DNA of 64,000 nt from NCBI GenBank assembly GCA_035532335.1, contig DATKRE010000001.1, positions 3,555 to 67,554 of the forward strand, in the 5' to 3' direction. This document shows positions 47,630 through 58,961 of this stretch, in pieces. The translations under genes and the position numbers were made by a program. Position 1 is the stretch's first letter; each line of letters starts with the position of its first letter. The stretch is from Xanthobacteraceae bacterium. GTDB lineage: Bacteria; Pseudomonadota; Alphaproteobacteria; Rhizobiales; Xanthobacteraceae. The notes beneath the pieces were generated by a model that was given only the letters and a program-made list of their open reading frames with translations, made no database searches and had not been told where the DNA came from.

Positions 47630-49737
47630 GATGAAGCCGCCACCAATGGCTGGATCATGGTCAACAATTCGGCTTGATTGAACTCGCTCTTGACGATGTA
47701 GCCGTGCGCGCCGACTTCGCGCCCGCGCTGCCGATCTTGCGGCGCCGCGCGTGATGTAACCAGGATTGCCGGTGTGTCGCGCAATCGAGGATGCGAGCGC
47801 ATACGTTCGACGAACGTGAAACCGTCGATGCCCGGCATTTCTACGTCGCAAAGGATCAGGGAGAACCGCTTGCGTTGTGCGAGCTCCAGACCTTCTTCAC
47901 CGGAGCTGGCGACATCGACCTCGTATCCCGCCGATTCGAGGATGCTCTTCTCCAGCATCCGTGTGGTCAACGAGTCGTCGACGACCAGCACCGGCGGTTT
48001 TTCAGAAGCAACGTTCGTTTCGATGGCTTGCGTCGAATAGGCTGTCGAAACCAGACTTTCCGGATCGAGAACGATCTGCGGATTGCCGCCGCCGTCGAGC
48101 GCGGCCCCGGTGGCGATTGGGCTGATCCCAAACCGCTCGGGCAACGGCCGTACGACCACGCGTGCCGTGCCGATCAAACTCTCGACCCCGATCGCCGCGA
48201 GGCGATCCGCGGCTGCGACGATAATTGCCGTCCAAGCCCGGGTTGCCGGCCAAGGCGCATGAGCGAGCGCTGCCGACAGCGGAATGAAGGGAATAGCCCG
48301 TTGCTCATAGAGAATCGATCCGCCGTTCGGACTGTTGGCAATTTCGCCGGGAGCCAAGCGCACAATGCGGCGCACGCAATCGAGCGGGATCGCCACCGTC
48401 TCGCCGCTGTTGGCCGGTGCGACCAACAGCGCGACAACGGAGGTGACCGAACCGGGGATCAGCAGAGCGAACGAAGTGCCCTGGCCGGGGTCGATGTGAA
48501 TGGAAACTTCGCCACCGAGCCGTTGCATCGTCTCGCGGACGACGTCGAGCCCCACGCCGCGGCCGGAGACGCTGGTGACCGCCGTCGACGTGCTTACGCC
48601 GCCTCGCAGCAAGAGAGCGACCAGATCATTCGATTCAAGTTCGGCTGCCGCCGGATCGAGAAGCTTGCGCTCCACCGCCGCCTTGCGCACCGCGACCCGA
48701 TCAATGCCGCGTCCGTCATCGCGGCAGGTAAAAAGAATCTTTCGCCCGCGGCGTGAAACATTGACGGTGACGGCTCCGACTGCCGGCTTGCCGGCGGCAA
48801 GCCGCTCGCTCTCCATCTCAATTCCATGCGCCACCGCGTTGCGCACGGTCTGAATAAGCGCAGCCTGAATCGCCCCGAGCACCTCGGCGTCGAGCCGGAC
48901 ATCGCCGCCTGAACTTTCAAAATTTACTTCCTTGCCGAGTGCGCGCGCTGCATCGCGCGCGGTACGCTTAAGAGCCATCAGCACCGCATCGACCGGGATA
49001 AGGCGCAAACCCTCCGCGGCGTCGCGAAACTGGCGCAATTCGCGGTCCATTTGGGCGGTGGTGGTATCCAGCTCCCGCGCGAAGCCCGCAATGCCGCGAC
49101 GCAACTCGTCCGCGATCGCTCCAGGTGAAGCCGCGCCGCGACTGCTTTCCACAGGTGCTTGACGAGCGGTTTGCGCGCGGAGCAAGTCGGCCAAATGGCT
49201 CAAGTGCTCCATAGTTTCGGCGCCGTTCCGCAAAGCGTTGAGTTTGGCGTGCGTCTCCGCGATGCCGTCGAGTACGGCGTCGACCTCGGCCATCTCGGCA
49301 CGGATCATTTTCGGCGTATCGCGCGCGAAATCGGATGCAGCGACCTTCGTACCGTAGGGCTCCGCACTCGCCGAATGAGCTTCACCGGCATGCTTGTTCC
49401 GATCAGGCGAGCCATCGACCGTATCGGGCACTAGCGTAACGATTAGACTGCTGATTTCGTCAAGATGCGCCAGGATGACGTCGATGTTGTCGCGCCCGAT
49501 ACCGCTCGTGCTTTCGCGAAAGGGGGCGAGCGCATCCTCGATCGCGTGCGCTCGTTCGGCGATTGTGGACTGGCGCACCACGCGCGCTGCGCCCTTGAGC
49601 GTATGCGCAAGACGAAGTAGACGCTGCACCGCTCCGGCGCTGCCGCCATTCTTCTCGAGTTCGAGGAGTCCTTGCGCGAATTGATCGAGGAGGTTGCGCG
49701 CCTCGGGCCGAAAGTATCGATACGGATCTTGCGCCAT
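47626..49737 (-). CDS. cheA: CheA-type histidine kinase with C-terminal receiver domain (CheA-REC hybrid)
   Basis: It has an HPt domain (RLAHTLKGAARVV), an HATPase domain (GRGVGLDVV), a CheW-like domain and a C-terminal REC (VLVVDDSLTTR...LCDVEMPGIDG). Confidence 0.9.
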   Translation of the reverse strand: MAQDPYRYFRPEARNLLDQFAQGLLELEKNGGSAGAVQRLLRLAHTLKGAARVVRQSTIAERAHAIEDALAPFRESTSGIGRDNIDVILAHLDEISSLIVTLVPDTVDGSPDRNKHAGEAHSASAEPYGTKVAASDFARDTPKMIRAEMAEVDAVLDGIAETHAKLNALRNGAETMEHLSHLADLLRAQTARQAPVESSRGAASPGAIADELRRGIAGFARELDTTTAQMDRELRQFRDAAEGLRLIPVDAVLMALKRTARDAARALGKEVNFESSGGDVRLDAEVLGAIQAALIQTVRNAVAHGIEMESERLAAGKPAVGAVTVNVSRRGRKILFTCRDDGRGIDRVAVRKAAVERKLLDPAAAELESNDLVALLLRGGVSTSTAVTSVSGRGVGLDVVRETMQRLGGEVSIHIDPGQGTSFALLIPGSVTSVVALLVAPANSGETVAIPLDCVRRIVRLAPGEIANSPNGGSILYEQRAIPFIPLSAALAHAPWPATRAWTAIIVAAADRLAAIGVESLIGTARVVVRPLPERFGISPIATGAALDGGGNPQIVLDPESLVSTAYSTQAIETNVASEKPPVLVVDDSLTTRMLEKSILESAGYEVDVASSGEEGLELAQRKRFSLILCDVEMPGIDGFTFVERMRSHPRLRDTPAILVTSRAAPQDRQRGREVGAHGYIVKSEFNQAELLTMIQPLVAASS

Positions 49738-49763
49738 GTGCTGCCTCGCCGGTGGTGCCTGCC

Positions 49764-51242
49764 TTAGGCCGCCATGTGCGGCGTAATGATGCGCAGGAGG
49801 TCTTTTGACAGCGACGCCATCTGCGAGACGGTCTGTAGGGTCTGCCCGGCACTGGTTTCGGTTTCCATCGAAGCCTGCGTCACATTGGCGACCGCGACGT
49901 TGACCTGCTCCACGGCGGTCGATTGCTGCTTGGTAGACAGCTCGATCTCGCGTGCCGCGTCCGTGGTGGTGGAGACCAAACTGACAATCTGCCTGAACGC
50001 CAAGGCCAGATCGCCGAACTGCCGCGAGCCGGCATCGACTGCTTTCGAGCCGGTCTCAGTCGCCATCACCGTGGTGTTCACCGCACTCCTGACGTCCTCG
50101 ATCAGCGCTCGCACCTCCTTGGTTGAGCCGCCGACCCGATCGGCAAGATTGCGAATTTCCTTGGCGACGACTGCGAACCTTTTGCCGGCTTCGCCGGCGC
50201 CCGCCGCTTCGATGGTCGCATTGATCGCGAGGATGTTGGTCTGTTCCGCAAGCTCGGAAACAATGTCGATCACCGCTCCGATTTCCTGCGATTTTTTTCC
50301 GAGTTCCAGCATGTGCGAAACGATCTGATCGACTTGCCCGCGAATACTGGAAATCGACTCGTGCGTCTGGTCGACCGTGCCGTGGCCGCTGCGGGCGGCG
50401 TTCGCGGTTTCTTCGACATTGTGGGCGTCGCGCTGCGCGCTTTCGGCGATTTGGCGCGATGTTGCCAGCAGCTCGCTGATCGTGGTGGAGATTTCAGCCA
50501 TCGCGGTGGCCTGCTCCTTGGCGCCGGATGCTTGCTGATTGGCGGCCGCTTGTAATTCGGTCGATGAGCTGCGGACCAGTCCGACGGCCGAACCGATCTG
50601 CTGCGAGAGTGATGACGCTATCAGCCAGCCGATGATGCAGACGGCGAGCGTGCCGCTAAGTCCGCCCCACAGGATGATATTCTGGGTCAAATCGGCGCTC
50701 GCGCGAGCCTCCTCGGTCCGCTGCTTGAGCACGTCGCGAGCCTCTTGGTCGGCCGCGGCTACGGCGGCGCGTATCTGATCCATATGCGTCTTGCCGGTAT
50801 TGGTCGTGATAAGCTTCGCGGCGGCATCAAATCCCTGCGCGCGGCGAAGATCGACGGCGGCCTTGAGCTCGTTCAGCTTGGTCTCGATGATCGGCGTAAT
50901 ACTCGCCAGACGCCGTTGCTGCTCGGCGCTGTCCGCCGTGAGCTTGCGCAAATCCGCCAGCGTTGCCGGCAAAGCGTTCAGTGCCGATTTGTAGGGATCC
51001 AGGTAACTTTCGTCGCCGGTGATGACGTAGCCGCGCTGTCCGGTCTCGGCGTCCTTCATCACCGAGAGCACGTCGGCAAGCTCCAGTCGAACCTGATGGC
51101 TATGCTCCACCAGCGCGTCGTTTTCGATCAACAAATTCGTGTTGCGATAGGAAACGACCGCTATCAGCAACAGCGTGAGCGCGGACAGGCCAAAGCCGAC
51201 GATCAAGCGGCGGCCGACGGTCCAATTGTTGAACAGACTCAT
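49764..51242 (-). CDS. methyl-accepting chemotaxis protein with periplasmic CHASE3 domain
   Basis: Two TM helices are present. The CHASE3 signature is [40 protein letters not shown]. The MCP signalling hairpin is [35 protein letters not shown]. Confidence 0.9.
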   Translation of the reverse strand: MSLFNNWTVGRRLIVGFGLSALTLLLIAVVSYRNTNLLIENDALVEHSHQVRLELADVLSVMKDAETGQRGYVITGDESYLDPYKSALNALPATLADLRKLTADSAEQQRRLASITPIIETKLNELKAAVDLRRAQGFDAAAKLITTNTGKTHMDQIRAAVAAADQEARDVLKQRTEEARASADLTQNIILWGGLSGTLAVCIIGWLIASSLSQQIGSAVGLVRSSSTELQAAANQQASGAKEQATAMAEISTTISELLATSRQIAESAQRDAHNVEETANAARSGHGTVDQTHESISSIRGQVDQIVSHMLELGKKSQEIGAVIDIVSELAEQTNILAINATIEAAGAGEAGKRFAVVAKEIRNLADRVGGSTKEVRALIEDVRSAVNTTVMATETGSKAVDAGSRQFGDLALAFRQIVSLVSTTTDAAREIELSTKQQSTAVEQVNVAVANVTQASMETETSAGQTLQTVSQMASLSKDLLRIITPHMAA

Positions 51243-51787
51243 GCCTTTTCACTCCTCTCATGGATTGCATGCGGCGATTTATGACTGCCGAGCGATTCGA
51301 TCACGGAAGCCAGATGCAGCACCGGCCTGACGATACCGGCGTGGTGCACAAACTCCGGCGCGAAGCCGCGAGCCCGGCCAGACGATTGTTGCGGCACGAT
51401 CGAGGCGCTTAATACCCGCAAATGACCTTCGAATGTGTCGAAAGCGAACGCGACCGACGTGGCCGCGGCGGTGACCAGCCAGCGGAACGCATGCGCCGCT
51501 GGAAGACCGAGGACGATTGGCAAGCTGTGCACCGGGACGATCGCGCCGCGAAATCCGGCAATTCCAAGAAGTGACGTATCGTCTGCGGGTACGCGGGTAA
51601 TCTTCCGGTCGACGAACAGACCGGAAATATCTGAAAAGCGTATCGCATAGGCTTCCGCGCCGGCGCGAACGGCAAGGAGATCCTGGCTGGCGGCGGCATC
51701 GCGGCGTAGCGGAGCGGCGTATGCCGCATCGAACGCCGCTCGAAGTTTTGCTGCTTGGCCGGTGAGGCCGGCGGGCGCGTCTGTCAC
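51239..51787 (-). CDS. cheW: CheW-like coupling protein
   Basis: CheW domain ([12 protein letters not shown]...[17 protein letters not shown]). The GTG at 51787 gives a GTGA overlap with the cheR stop, but the ORF-track start at 51823 is also possible. Confidence 0.8.
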   Translation of the reverse strand: MTDAPAGLTGQAAKLRAAFDAAYAAPLRRDAAASQDLLAVRAGAEAYAIRFSDISGLFVDRKITRVPADDTSLLGIAGFRGAIVPVHSLPIVLGLPAAHAFRWLVTAAATSVAFAFDTFEGHLRVLSASIVPQQSSGRARGFAPEFVHHAGIVRPVLHLASVIESLGSHKSPHAIHERSEKA

Positions 51788-53286
51788 AGTCGGCCCCCGC
51801 ACTCTGTGACTGCGGATTGACAAAGCGCGATCAGCGCTTCGCGCGAAAAGCCGCCGCCGAACAGAAGGACCCGCGATACATCTTCGCGCTTAAGGAGAAG
51901 AAGCGCTTGCGCCAGCTCGCTGCGGGCGACCTCGCGGTTGCCGGCCTGGCGGGCAAGCAAACCGCTATGAAGCCTCGGCATGGCGAAAGCGGGATCCAGA
52001 TGCGCGGCAAGCCGGTCATGTTCCACGGCACGCTCGCGCTCGCCGGCGTGTTCGCGGCAAAGGGCCAAGACGTAGTGAGCGCCGGCGTTCAGACCGTCGA
52101 TCAGAAGAAGTTGTTGGCACACCTCTTCGGCAGCGAGGGATTGACCGCTCTGGGCCAACAGCACCGCTTTGACCAGTAGAACGTCCGGGTCGTCGCGGCT
52201 TTCTGGCGGCCCGCTGCGAACGTGTGCGAGCGCTTCGTCGAAGCGTTCCGCGCGCAAGAGATCGAGCGCCGGCGCCAGTTGCCACGTAGCGTGGCGACGT
52301 GGCGAAAGTTTCTTGGCGCTGGCCGGAACCAGGTCCGTAATGCGCTCGCTCGCCTGCCGGATGGCGTCAACCCAGGCCGTGTTCGCCAACGCGGGCAACG
52401 GGGCCGGTGCCACGGCGCGCGAAGCCACGACATCAGGCCGCGACGATTTGGGCCGAAGCTCGTCTTTTCGGCGGTAATAGAAGGCGTCGTGTGCATGATG
52501 CAGCTCAAAGTCATCGGAAACTCCGCGCAACGTTTCGGCGTGACCGAGAAACAGGTAACCGCCCGGGGCCAGCGACACAGCGATCCGCGCGATCGCCGCG
52601 CGCATCCGATCGGGTGCAAAATACATGAGAACGTTACGGCAGAAGATCACATCGTAGATCGCCGGCTGCCAAAGTACGAGATCGTCGCTCGCGAGATTTG
52701 CCTGCTTGAAATGAACGGCGCGGCGTAATGGCTCATCGAGAGCGAGTTCGCGCCCCTCGCAGCGAAACCACTTTTCTCTGACCGGCAGCGGCGTCTCGCG
52801 CAGCGCCCAGGCCGAGTAGCGCGCCTTTTCGGCCTTTTGCAAAACCGCGCGGTTCAAGTCGACCGCCTGGATCATCACGTTCCACGATGGATCGGTGACC
52901 GTCTCGCGCACTACAATCGCGATTGAGTAGGCCTCCTCGCCGGAAGCGCAACCGGCCGACATCAGATTGAGCGTTCGGCTGGCCGCGCGCGCCCGCATGC
53001 GGTCCGGCAAAGCGAACTCGGCCAGCGCCCGGAATTGATCGTTGTGGCGAAAGAAATAAGTCTCGGCAACGGTAAGCTCTTCGGCCAGGGCCAAAGATTC
53101 GGCGTGCGGCATCTCGTGAACAAGCTTTGCCAGATAGTCCGCGCTCGAGCAGGCCAGTCTCCCGATCCGCCGCCGCAAAACTTCTTCCAGAAACGAGAGT
53201 TTGGAGTCGTCGAAATGTAAGCCGACCTGCTCGACGATGGCCGACCGGAAACGCTCCAGGTCCTGTCGGGTCACCGAAGGGTTCAT
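51784..53286 (-). CDS. cheR: CheR-type methyltransferase with C-terminal TPR-like extension
   Basis: CheR motifs are present (ETYFFRH, SAGCASGEEAYSIA, IFCRNVLMYF). They are followed by a helical repeat region of about 200 aa, as in WspC-type CheR. Confidence 0.9.
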   Translation of the reverse strand: MNPSVTRQDLERFRSAIVEQVGLHFDDSKLSFLEEVLRRRIGRLACSSADYLAKLVHEMPHAESLALAEELTVAETYFFRHNDQFRALAEFALPDRMRARAASRTLNLMSAGCASGEEAYSIAIVVRETVTDPSWNVMIQAVDLNRAVLQKAEKARYSAWALRETPLPVREKWFRCEGRELALDEPLRRAVHFKQANLASDDLVLWQPAIYDVIFCRNVLMYFAPDRMRAAIARIAVSLAPGGYLFLGHAETLRGVSDDFELHHAHDAFYYRRKDELRPKSSRPDVVASRAVAPAPLPALANTAWVDAIRQASERITDLVPASAKKLSPRRHATWQLAPALDLLRAERFDEALAHVRSGPPESRDDPDVLLVKAVLLAQSGQSLAAEEVCQQLLLIDGLNAGAHYVLALCREHAGERERAVEHDRLAAHLDPAFAMPRLHSGLLARQAGNREVARSELAQALLLLKREDVSRVLLFGGGFSREALIALCQSAVTECGGRL

Positions 53287-53804
53287 AGCGCTGCCTTCTC
53301 GGCGTCAAGCCGATTGAGAACGGCCTCTGGAACGATCCGGGTGGTGTGCAAAAAGACAATCAAACCGTTATCAAGTCTGCCGATAGCCGCGATTGCGTCT
53401 GGCGCCGCGTCGCGCACGAGCGGGGGTAGTTCGTCCAGCGTTTCGCCGGCAACGGTGCTGACGCCGAGTACAGAATCGACCGCGAGCGCCACCACTCGAG
53501 CCGCGCGCACCGTGACCACGCGCGTGGTTGTGGTTGCACGATCGCCGACGATCAGCCCGAGATCGACAACCGGAACGGGCATGCCACGAATAATGCTGAG
53601 GCCGCGAACATAGTGTGGGGCGCCGGCGATCTGCTCGACCGGCAGCGGTCGCATGATTTCGATCACGTGCCCGATCGGCAAAGCGCACCGCAGATGACCG
53701 GCGCGGCAAAGCAGCCAGCACGATCGCTCTGCGTGGTCGAGGTCCGTCGCAGGCGCCGCCGATGGCTCGCCGGTGAACCGCGCCGTAATCGCTTCAGGCA
53801 TCAT
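53283..53804 (-). CDS. cheW: CheW-like coupling protein
   Basis: CheW domain (ALPIGHVIEIMRPLPVEQIAGAPHYVRGLSIIRGMPVPVVDL). Confidence 0.85.
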   Translation of the reverse strand: MMPEAITARFTGEPSAAPATDLDHAERSCWLLCRAGHLRCALPIGHVIEIMRPLPVEQIAGAPHYVRGLSIIRGMPVPVVDLGLIVGDRATTTTRVVTVRAARVVALAVDSVLGVSTVAGETLDELPPLVRDAAPDAIAAIGRLDNGLIVFLHTTRIVPEAVLNRLDAEKAAL

Positions 53805-54207
53805 GTGCGTTGAAGGTCTCGACGGTGTGGGCGATCGTGTCGCGCGTAAAAGGCTTGTTGAGCGGGGTAGCGAGATTTATTCCGTGCCGCACGCCGATGC
53901 GTTGCACCGCCTGAAGCAATGACGGCCTACCGCCGCTCATCAGTTGCACCGTACCGCCATACCGGCGTTCGCCGAGGCCGCGCAGGACATCGATTGCATC
54001 GGACCGTAACAATGCGACGTCGAGAAAAATGACGGCAGGATGGACGGCATCGAGCGAAGCCAACGCATCCTTTGCCATGTCAAAGTCCGCGACCCGCATG
54101 CCAAGCTGTTTCAACGTTGCGGCAATGAACCGCCGCAACTCGGCGTCGTCGTCGATGACGAGCGCGAGGTTCGGATCAATTGCGGCATGAACGGCGGTCG
54201 CTGGCAT
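53794..54207 (-). CDS. receiver-domain protein (first gene of the Che-like cluster)
   Basis: A 137-aa ORF with LALVIDDDAELRR...VIFLDVAL...KPF. It overlaps the following cheW by 11 nt. Confidence 0.75.
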   Translation of the reverse strand: MPATAVHAAIDPNLALVIDDDAELRRFIAATLKQLGMRVADFDMAKDALASLDAVHPAVIFLDVALLRSDAIDVLRGLGERRYGGTVQLMSGGRPSLLQAVQRIGVRHGINLATPLNKPFTRDTIAHTVETFNAHDA

Positions 54208-54369
54208 AACGCTCCTGGCGTTCGGCGTTTAAGGCCGCACATCGGCGCACAAGCTTGTGGAGCTTCTATCGAATGAGTGTTAAAGCTTGTCAGTAAAGCC
54301 AAATACGTACGTAGAGTTACGTGCGCTGCGAGTCGCGCGGTACAAAAAGCGGACACAACGGAGAAAAAT

Positions 54370-56691
54370 ATGCGCGTCGTTTGCATCGGCGGCGGCCCGG
54401 CAGGGCTTTATTTCGGCCTGCTGATGAAAAAAGAGAATCCCGCGCACCACATAACGGTGGTCGAGCGCAATAAGCCGTACGATACCTTCGGCTGGGGCGT
54501 GGTGTTCTCCGACGCGACGATGGAGAACATGCGCGCCTGGGATCCGGATACCGCACGCGAGATCGAGAGCGCGTTCAACCACTGGGATGACATTGAGGTT
54601 CTGATCAAGGGCCGCCGGATGCGGACCACCGGCCACGGCTTCGTTGGCATCGGCCGCAAGAAGCTTCTCAACATCCTGCAAGCGCGCTGCGAAGCGCTCG
54701 GCGTCGAGCTCGTATTCGAGCGCGAGGTTGATTCCGATCTGGAATTTCCCGACGCCGACCTGATTATCGCCTCGGACGGCCTCAATTCGAAAATTCGCAA
54801 CCGCTATCCGGAGGCGTTCAAGCCGGATCTGCTGATGCGCCCAAACCGTTTCATTTGGCTCGGCAGTAAGAAACCATTCGACGCGTTCACCTTCGATTTT
54901 CGCCGCACCGAGCATGGCTGGTTCCAGGCGCACATCTATAAGTTCGATGACGACACCTCGACCTTCATCGTCGAGACGACCGAGGATGTGTTCACGGCGC
55001 ACGGCCTCGATAAGGCGGATGAGGCCAAATCGATCACCTTTTGCGAGCAACTGTTCGGCGAGGTGCTCGACGGCGGTAAGCTATTGAGCAACGCCCGGCA
55101 TCTGCGCGGCTCGGCCTGGCTCAATTTCGGTCGTCTGATCTGCGGCAAGTGGAGCCACTTCAACGGCAAAAACCACGTGGTGCTGATGGGCGATGCCGCC
55201 CACACTGCGCATTTTGCCATCGGCTCCGGCACCAAGCTCGCACTCGAGGACGCAATCGAGCTGACCCGGCAATTTCGAAATCTCGGCGACACCCCGGATA
55301 AGATTCGCGCGGTACTCGACGCCTATGAGGAAGTGCGCGCCGTCGACGTCGCGCGCATCCAGAATGCCGCGCGCAACGCGATGGAGTGGTTCGAGGTCGT
55401 TGGCAGCCGCTACGCCGACACGCTCGAGCCCGAGCAGTTCATGTACTCGCTGCTAACGCGGTCCCAGCGCATCAGTCATGAAAATCTGCGCTTACGCGAC
55501 AAAACCTGGCTTGAAAACTACGAGCGTTGGTTTGCGGCACGCGCCGGCATCAATGTCGATCCCGATGGGCCGGCGGTCCCACCGATGTTCACGCCTTACC
55601 GGGTCCGTGGTTTGACGCTGCAAAACCGTATCGTCATGTCGCCGATGGCGATGTATTCGGCCGCCGACGGCATTCCCAACGATTTTCATCTGGTCCATTT
55701 CGGCAGCCGCGCGCTAGGCGGCGCGGGACTGATTTTCAGCGAGATGACCTGCGGCTCGCCGGACGCACGCATTACGCCCGGGTGCCTCGGGCTTTGGAAC
55801 GACGAGCAGGCGGCGGCATGGAAGCGCATCGTCGATTTCGTCCATGCGATCACGTCGGCAAAATTCGGGCTGCAACTCGGCCACGCCGGGCGCAAAGGTT
55901 CAACGCGCGTGGCGTGGGAAGGCATCGACCAGCCCCTGCATGAAGGTAACTGGCCGTTGATCTCTGCCTCGGCCCTGCCATACATGCCAAACGGCCAGTT
56001 GCCGCTGGCGATGACGCGCGCCGACATGGATCGGGTGAAGGCCGATTTTGTCGCTGCCGCCAAGCGCAGCGTTGGGATTGGCTTCGACATCCTCGAACTG
56101 CATTGCGCGCACGGTTATTTGCTGTCGAGCTTTCTGTCGCCGCTGACCAACCATCGCACCGACGAATACGGCGGCTCGCACGAAAACAACGCGCGCTACC
56201 CGCTCGAGATTTTCCGCGCAATCCGCGCGGTTTGGCCGGACGAAAAGCCAATCTCCGTGCGGCTGTCCTGTCACGACTGGACCGAAGGTGGCAACACGCC
56301 GTCGGATGCGGCGATTTATGCCAAGATGTTCAAAGACGCCGGCGCCGATCTCGTCGATTGCTCTTCCGGCCAGGTTTCGAAGGAAGAAAAGCCGATTTAC
56401 GGACGGCTGTTCCAGACGCCGTTCTCCGACAAACTGCGCAACGAGATCGGCATCGCAACAGTCGCGGTCGGCGCTATCTCCGAAGCCGATCATGCAAATT
56501 CAATTATCGCGGCCGGCCGCGCCGACCTTTGTGCGCTGGCGCGGCCGCATCTCGCGGACGCCGCATGGACCTTGCACGAGGCGGCAAAAATCGGCGTAAA
56601 GTCGATTTCATGGCCGAAGCAATATCTTTCGGCGAAAATGCAATATGAAGCCAACCTTGCGCGCGCGACCTTGGGTCCGCGGCCGAGTTGA
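54370..56691 (+). CDS. bifunctional aromatic acyl-CoA monooxygenase/reductase (FAD monooxygenase fused to an Old Yellow Enzyme-type domain; 2-aminobenzoyl-CoA monooxygenase/reductase or salicylyl-CoA 5-hydroxylase type)
   Basis: The N-terminal half has [14 protein letters not shown]...[15 protein letters not shown]. The C-terminal half has OYE motifs ([26 protein letters not shown]). The ATG at 54370 follows GGAG. Confidence 0.85.
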   Translation: MRVVCIGGGPAGLYFGLLMKKENPAHHITVVERNKPYDTFGWGVVFSDATMENMRAWDPDTAREIESAFNHWDDIEVLIKGRRMRTTGHGFVGIGRKKLLNILQARCEALGVELVFEREVDSDLEFPDADLIIASDGLNSKIRNRYPEAFKPDLLMRPNRFIWLGSKKPFDAFTFDFRRTEHGWFQAHIYKFDDDTSTFIVETTEDVFTAHGLDKADEAKSITFCEQLFGEVLDGGKLLSNARHLRGSAWLNFGRLICGKWSHFNGKNHVVLMGDAAHTAHFAIGSGTKLALEDAIELTRQFRNLGDTPDKIRAVLDAYEEVRAVDVARIQNAARNAMEWFEVVGSRYADTLEPEQFMYSLLTRSQRISHENLRLRDKTWLENYERWFAARAGINVDPDGPAVPPMFTPYRVRGLTLQNRIVMSPMAMYSAADGIPNDFHLVHFGSRALGGAGLIFSEMTCGSPDARITPGCLGLWNDEQAAAWKRIVDFVHAITSAKFGLQLGHAGRKGSTRVAWEGIDQPLHEGNWPLISASALPYMPNGQLPLAMTRADMDRVKADFVAAAKRSVGIGFDILELHCAHGYLLSSFLSPLTNHRTDEYGGSHENNARYPLEIFRAIRAVWPDEKPISVRLSCHDWTEGGNTPSDAAIYAKMFKDAGADLVDCSSGQVSKEEKPIYGRLFQTPFSDKLRNEIGIATVAVGAISEADHANSIIAAGRADLCALARPHLADAAWTLHEAAKIGVKSISWPKQYLSAKMQYEANLARATLGPRPS

Positions 56692-56709
56692 ACAGAGACT
56701 TCACGGATC

Positions 56710-57495
56710 GTGACGGACCAGCCACTCCAAGATCAGCATGTGCTTGTCACCGGCGCCGGCACCGGCATCGGCGCGGCAATCGCCGAGGCGTGCGTGGGTG
56801 CCGGCGCGCGCGTGACGCTCGCTGGGCGCCGCCGCGACCCGTTGCTGACATTGCAAAGGTCGTTAGGCGAAGACCGCACGCATGCCACAGCCGATTTCGA
56901 TGTCACCGATGAAGCGAAAGTGCGGGCCGGTGTGGTGGCTGCGCGCAACGCGTTCGGTCCGATCGACATTCTGGTTAATAATGCCGGCGAAGCACCGAGC
57001 GCGCCGTTTACAAAAACCGATCTGAAGACCTGGAATAACGTGCTTGCGGTCAATCTGACCGGTACTTTCCTGGTGACCAGAGAAGTCGTGCCCGACATGA
57101 TTGCCAGGCGCTCCGGCCGCGTCGTCAATGTTGCATCCACCGCCGGCTTGATCGGCTATGCTTATGTTTCGGCCTATGTCTCCGCCAAGCACGCCGTCAT
57201 CGGCCTCACACGCAGCCTCGCGCTCGAGTTTGCCCGCGTCGGCATCACCGTCAATGCGGTCTGTCCCGGCTACACCGATACGCCGATGTTCGAGCGTGCG
57301 GTGGATAACATTGTCGCCAAGACCAAGCGAGACCGCGACGAAGCACGCGCGGCGCTAGCGGCGTCGAATCCGCAAGGTCGTCTGGTGACGCCGCTGGAGG
57401 TTGCGCAGGCCGTGCTCTGGCTCGCTTCGGCGGCGGCGGGTTCCATCACCGGGCAGGCGATCGTGGTTGCCGGCGGTGAAGTCATGGCCGGCTAA
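56710..57495 (+). CDS. SDR family oxidoreductase (3-hydroxyacyl-CoA dehydrogenase-like)
   Basis: Contains VTGAGTGIGAAIA, NNAG and the YVSAKHA catalytic motif. Confidence 0.9.
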   Translation: MTDQPLQDQHVLVTGAGTGIGAAIAEACVGAGARVTLAGRRRDPLLTLQRSLGEDRTHATADFDVTDEAKVRAGVVAARNAFGPIDILVNNAGEAPSAPFTKTDLKTWNNVLAVNLTGTFLVTREVVPDMIARRSGRVVNVASTAGLIGYAYVSAYVSAKHAVIGLTRSLALEFARVGITVNAVCPGYTDTPMFERAVDNIVAKTKRDRDEARAALAASNPQGRLVTPLEVAQAVLWLASAAAGSITGQAIVVAGGEVMAG

Positions 57496-57611
57496 GAGCC
57501 GGCAAACGGCTACTTGAAGCCTATAAATTTGAACCTTAAAATGAATCCGCCGGCAGATTGTTGCGACCCGACCGCGCAATGCTATCCGATTGAACAATAG
57601 AGAGGCATCGC

Positions 57612-58124
57612 GTGCAGGAATCGATCAACGTCCCGCTGGATGCCGAAACGAAGGTCGCCGAGCGCCCGGGCGACCACGAGAGCGAACTGCGGCTATGGCT
57701 GCGGTTGCTGACCTGCACGACTCTGATCGAAGGCGAGGTCCGTCGCCGCCTCCGGCAGGAATTCGATGTCACCTTGCCGCGGTTCGACTTGATGGCGCAG
57801 CTCGACAAGGCGCCCGGCGGCATGACGCTTGGCGAATTGTCGCAGCGCATGATGGTCTCCAACGGCAACGTCACCGGACTGTCCGAACGGCTGGTCGCGC
57901 TCGGTCTGCTGGATCGCCGGCAATCGCGCAGCGACCGGCGCGCGCAGTTCGTCAGTCTCACACCAGAGGGCCGGCGCGTATTCCGCGCGATGGCGCGCGC
58001 TCACGAAGGCTGGATCGCCGAGATATTTTCGCAGCTTTCTCCCACTGACATCGATGCGTTGATGCGGCTCCTCGCCAAGACCAAGGCTTCGGCGCGCGAG
58101 GCGATCACCGGAGAGGCCTCGTGA
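57612..58124 (+). CDS. MarR family transcriptional regulator
   Basis: It has the winged-helix pattern [10 protein letters not shown]...[24 protein letters not shown]...[13 protein letters not shown]. Confidence 0.9.
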   Translation: MQESINVPLDAETKVAERPGDHESELRLWLRLLTCTTLIEGEVRRRLRQEFDVTLPRFDLMAQLDKAPGGMTLGELSQRMMVSNGNVTGLSERLVALGLLDRRQSRSDRRAQFVSLTPEGRRVFRAMARAHEGWIAEIFSQLSPTDIDALMRLLAKTKASAREAITGEAS

Positions 58125-58957
58125 TGACCAGCGCCAACCCGGTTACGCTGCCGCTCAAGAATTTTACCGCTCAACACGCGCACCTTGTGGTCGCCGGCGC
58201 TGTCGCGACGATCACGCTCAATCGCCCGGAGCGCAAGAATCCTCTGACGTTTGAAAGTTATGCCGAACTCGGCAATATTTTTCGTGCCGCCGCGCGCGAC
58301 AAAAGCGTCAAGGCCATCGTGATCACCGGCGCGGGCGGAAATTTCTGCTCCGGCGGAGACGTGTTCGAGATCATCAAGCCGCTGACCGAAATGAACGCCG
58401 ACGGGCTGTTGGACTTCACCCGTATGACCGGCGAGTTGGTCAAGGCGATGCGCGCGGCGCCGCAGCCGATCGTTGCCGCGATCGACGGAGTTTGTGCCGG
58501 CGCCGGCGCCATCATGGCCATGGCATCGGACATTCGCCTTGGTACGGCGAATGCCAAAGTCGCGTTTCTGTTCAATCGCGTCGGGCTCGGTGGATGCGAC
58601 ATGGGGGCTTGCGCGATCCTGCCGCGCATCATCGGGCAGGGACGCGCCGCCGAACTGCTGTTCACCGGCCGCGCGCTTGGCGGTGAGGAGGCCGAGCGCT
58701 GGGGATTTTTCAATCGGCTTTCGACGTCCGACAAAATCCTGGCCGACGCGCAAGCGCTGGCCGCCGAGCTTGCCGCCGGCCCGACGTTTGGTAACGCCAT
58801 GACCAAACGTATGCTCGAAATGGAATGGGCGATGTCGGTCGAGAGCGCAATCGAAGCCGAGGCGATCGCGCAGGCGTTGTGCATGGAGACCGAGGACTTC
58901 GTGCGCGCTTTCAAAGCCTTCGCGGAGAAAAAGAAGCCGGTGTTCGAGGGCAACTGA
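58124..58957 (+). CDS. enoyl-CoA hydratase/isomerase family protein
   Basis: It has the crotonase pattern ([28 protein letters not shown]). The ATG at 58124 (or the GTG at 58121) overlaps the marR stop. Confidence 0.85.
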   Translation: MTSANPVTLPLKNFTAQHAHLVVAGAVATITLNRPERKNPLTFESYAELGNIFRAAARDKSVKAIVITGAGGNFCSGGDVFEIIKPLTEMNADGLLDFTRMTGELVKAMRAAPQPIVAAIDGVCAGAGAIMAMASDIRLGTANAKVAFLFNRVGLGGCDMGACAILPRIIGQGRAAELLFTGRALGGEEAERWGFFNRLSTSDKILADAQALAAELAAGPTFGNAMTKRMLEMEWAMSVESAIEAEAIAQALCMETEDFVRAFKAFAEKKKPVFEGN

Positions 58958-58961
58958 AAGC

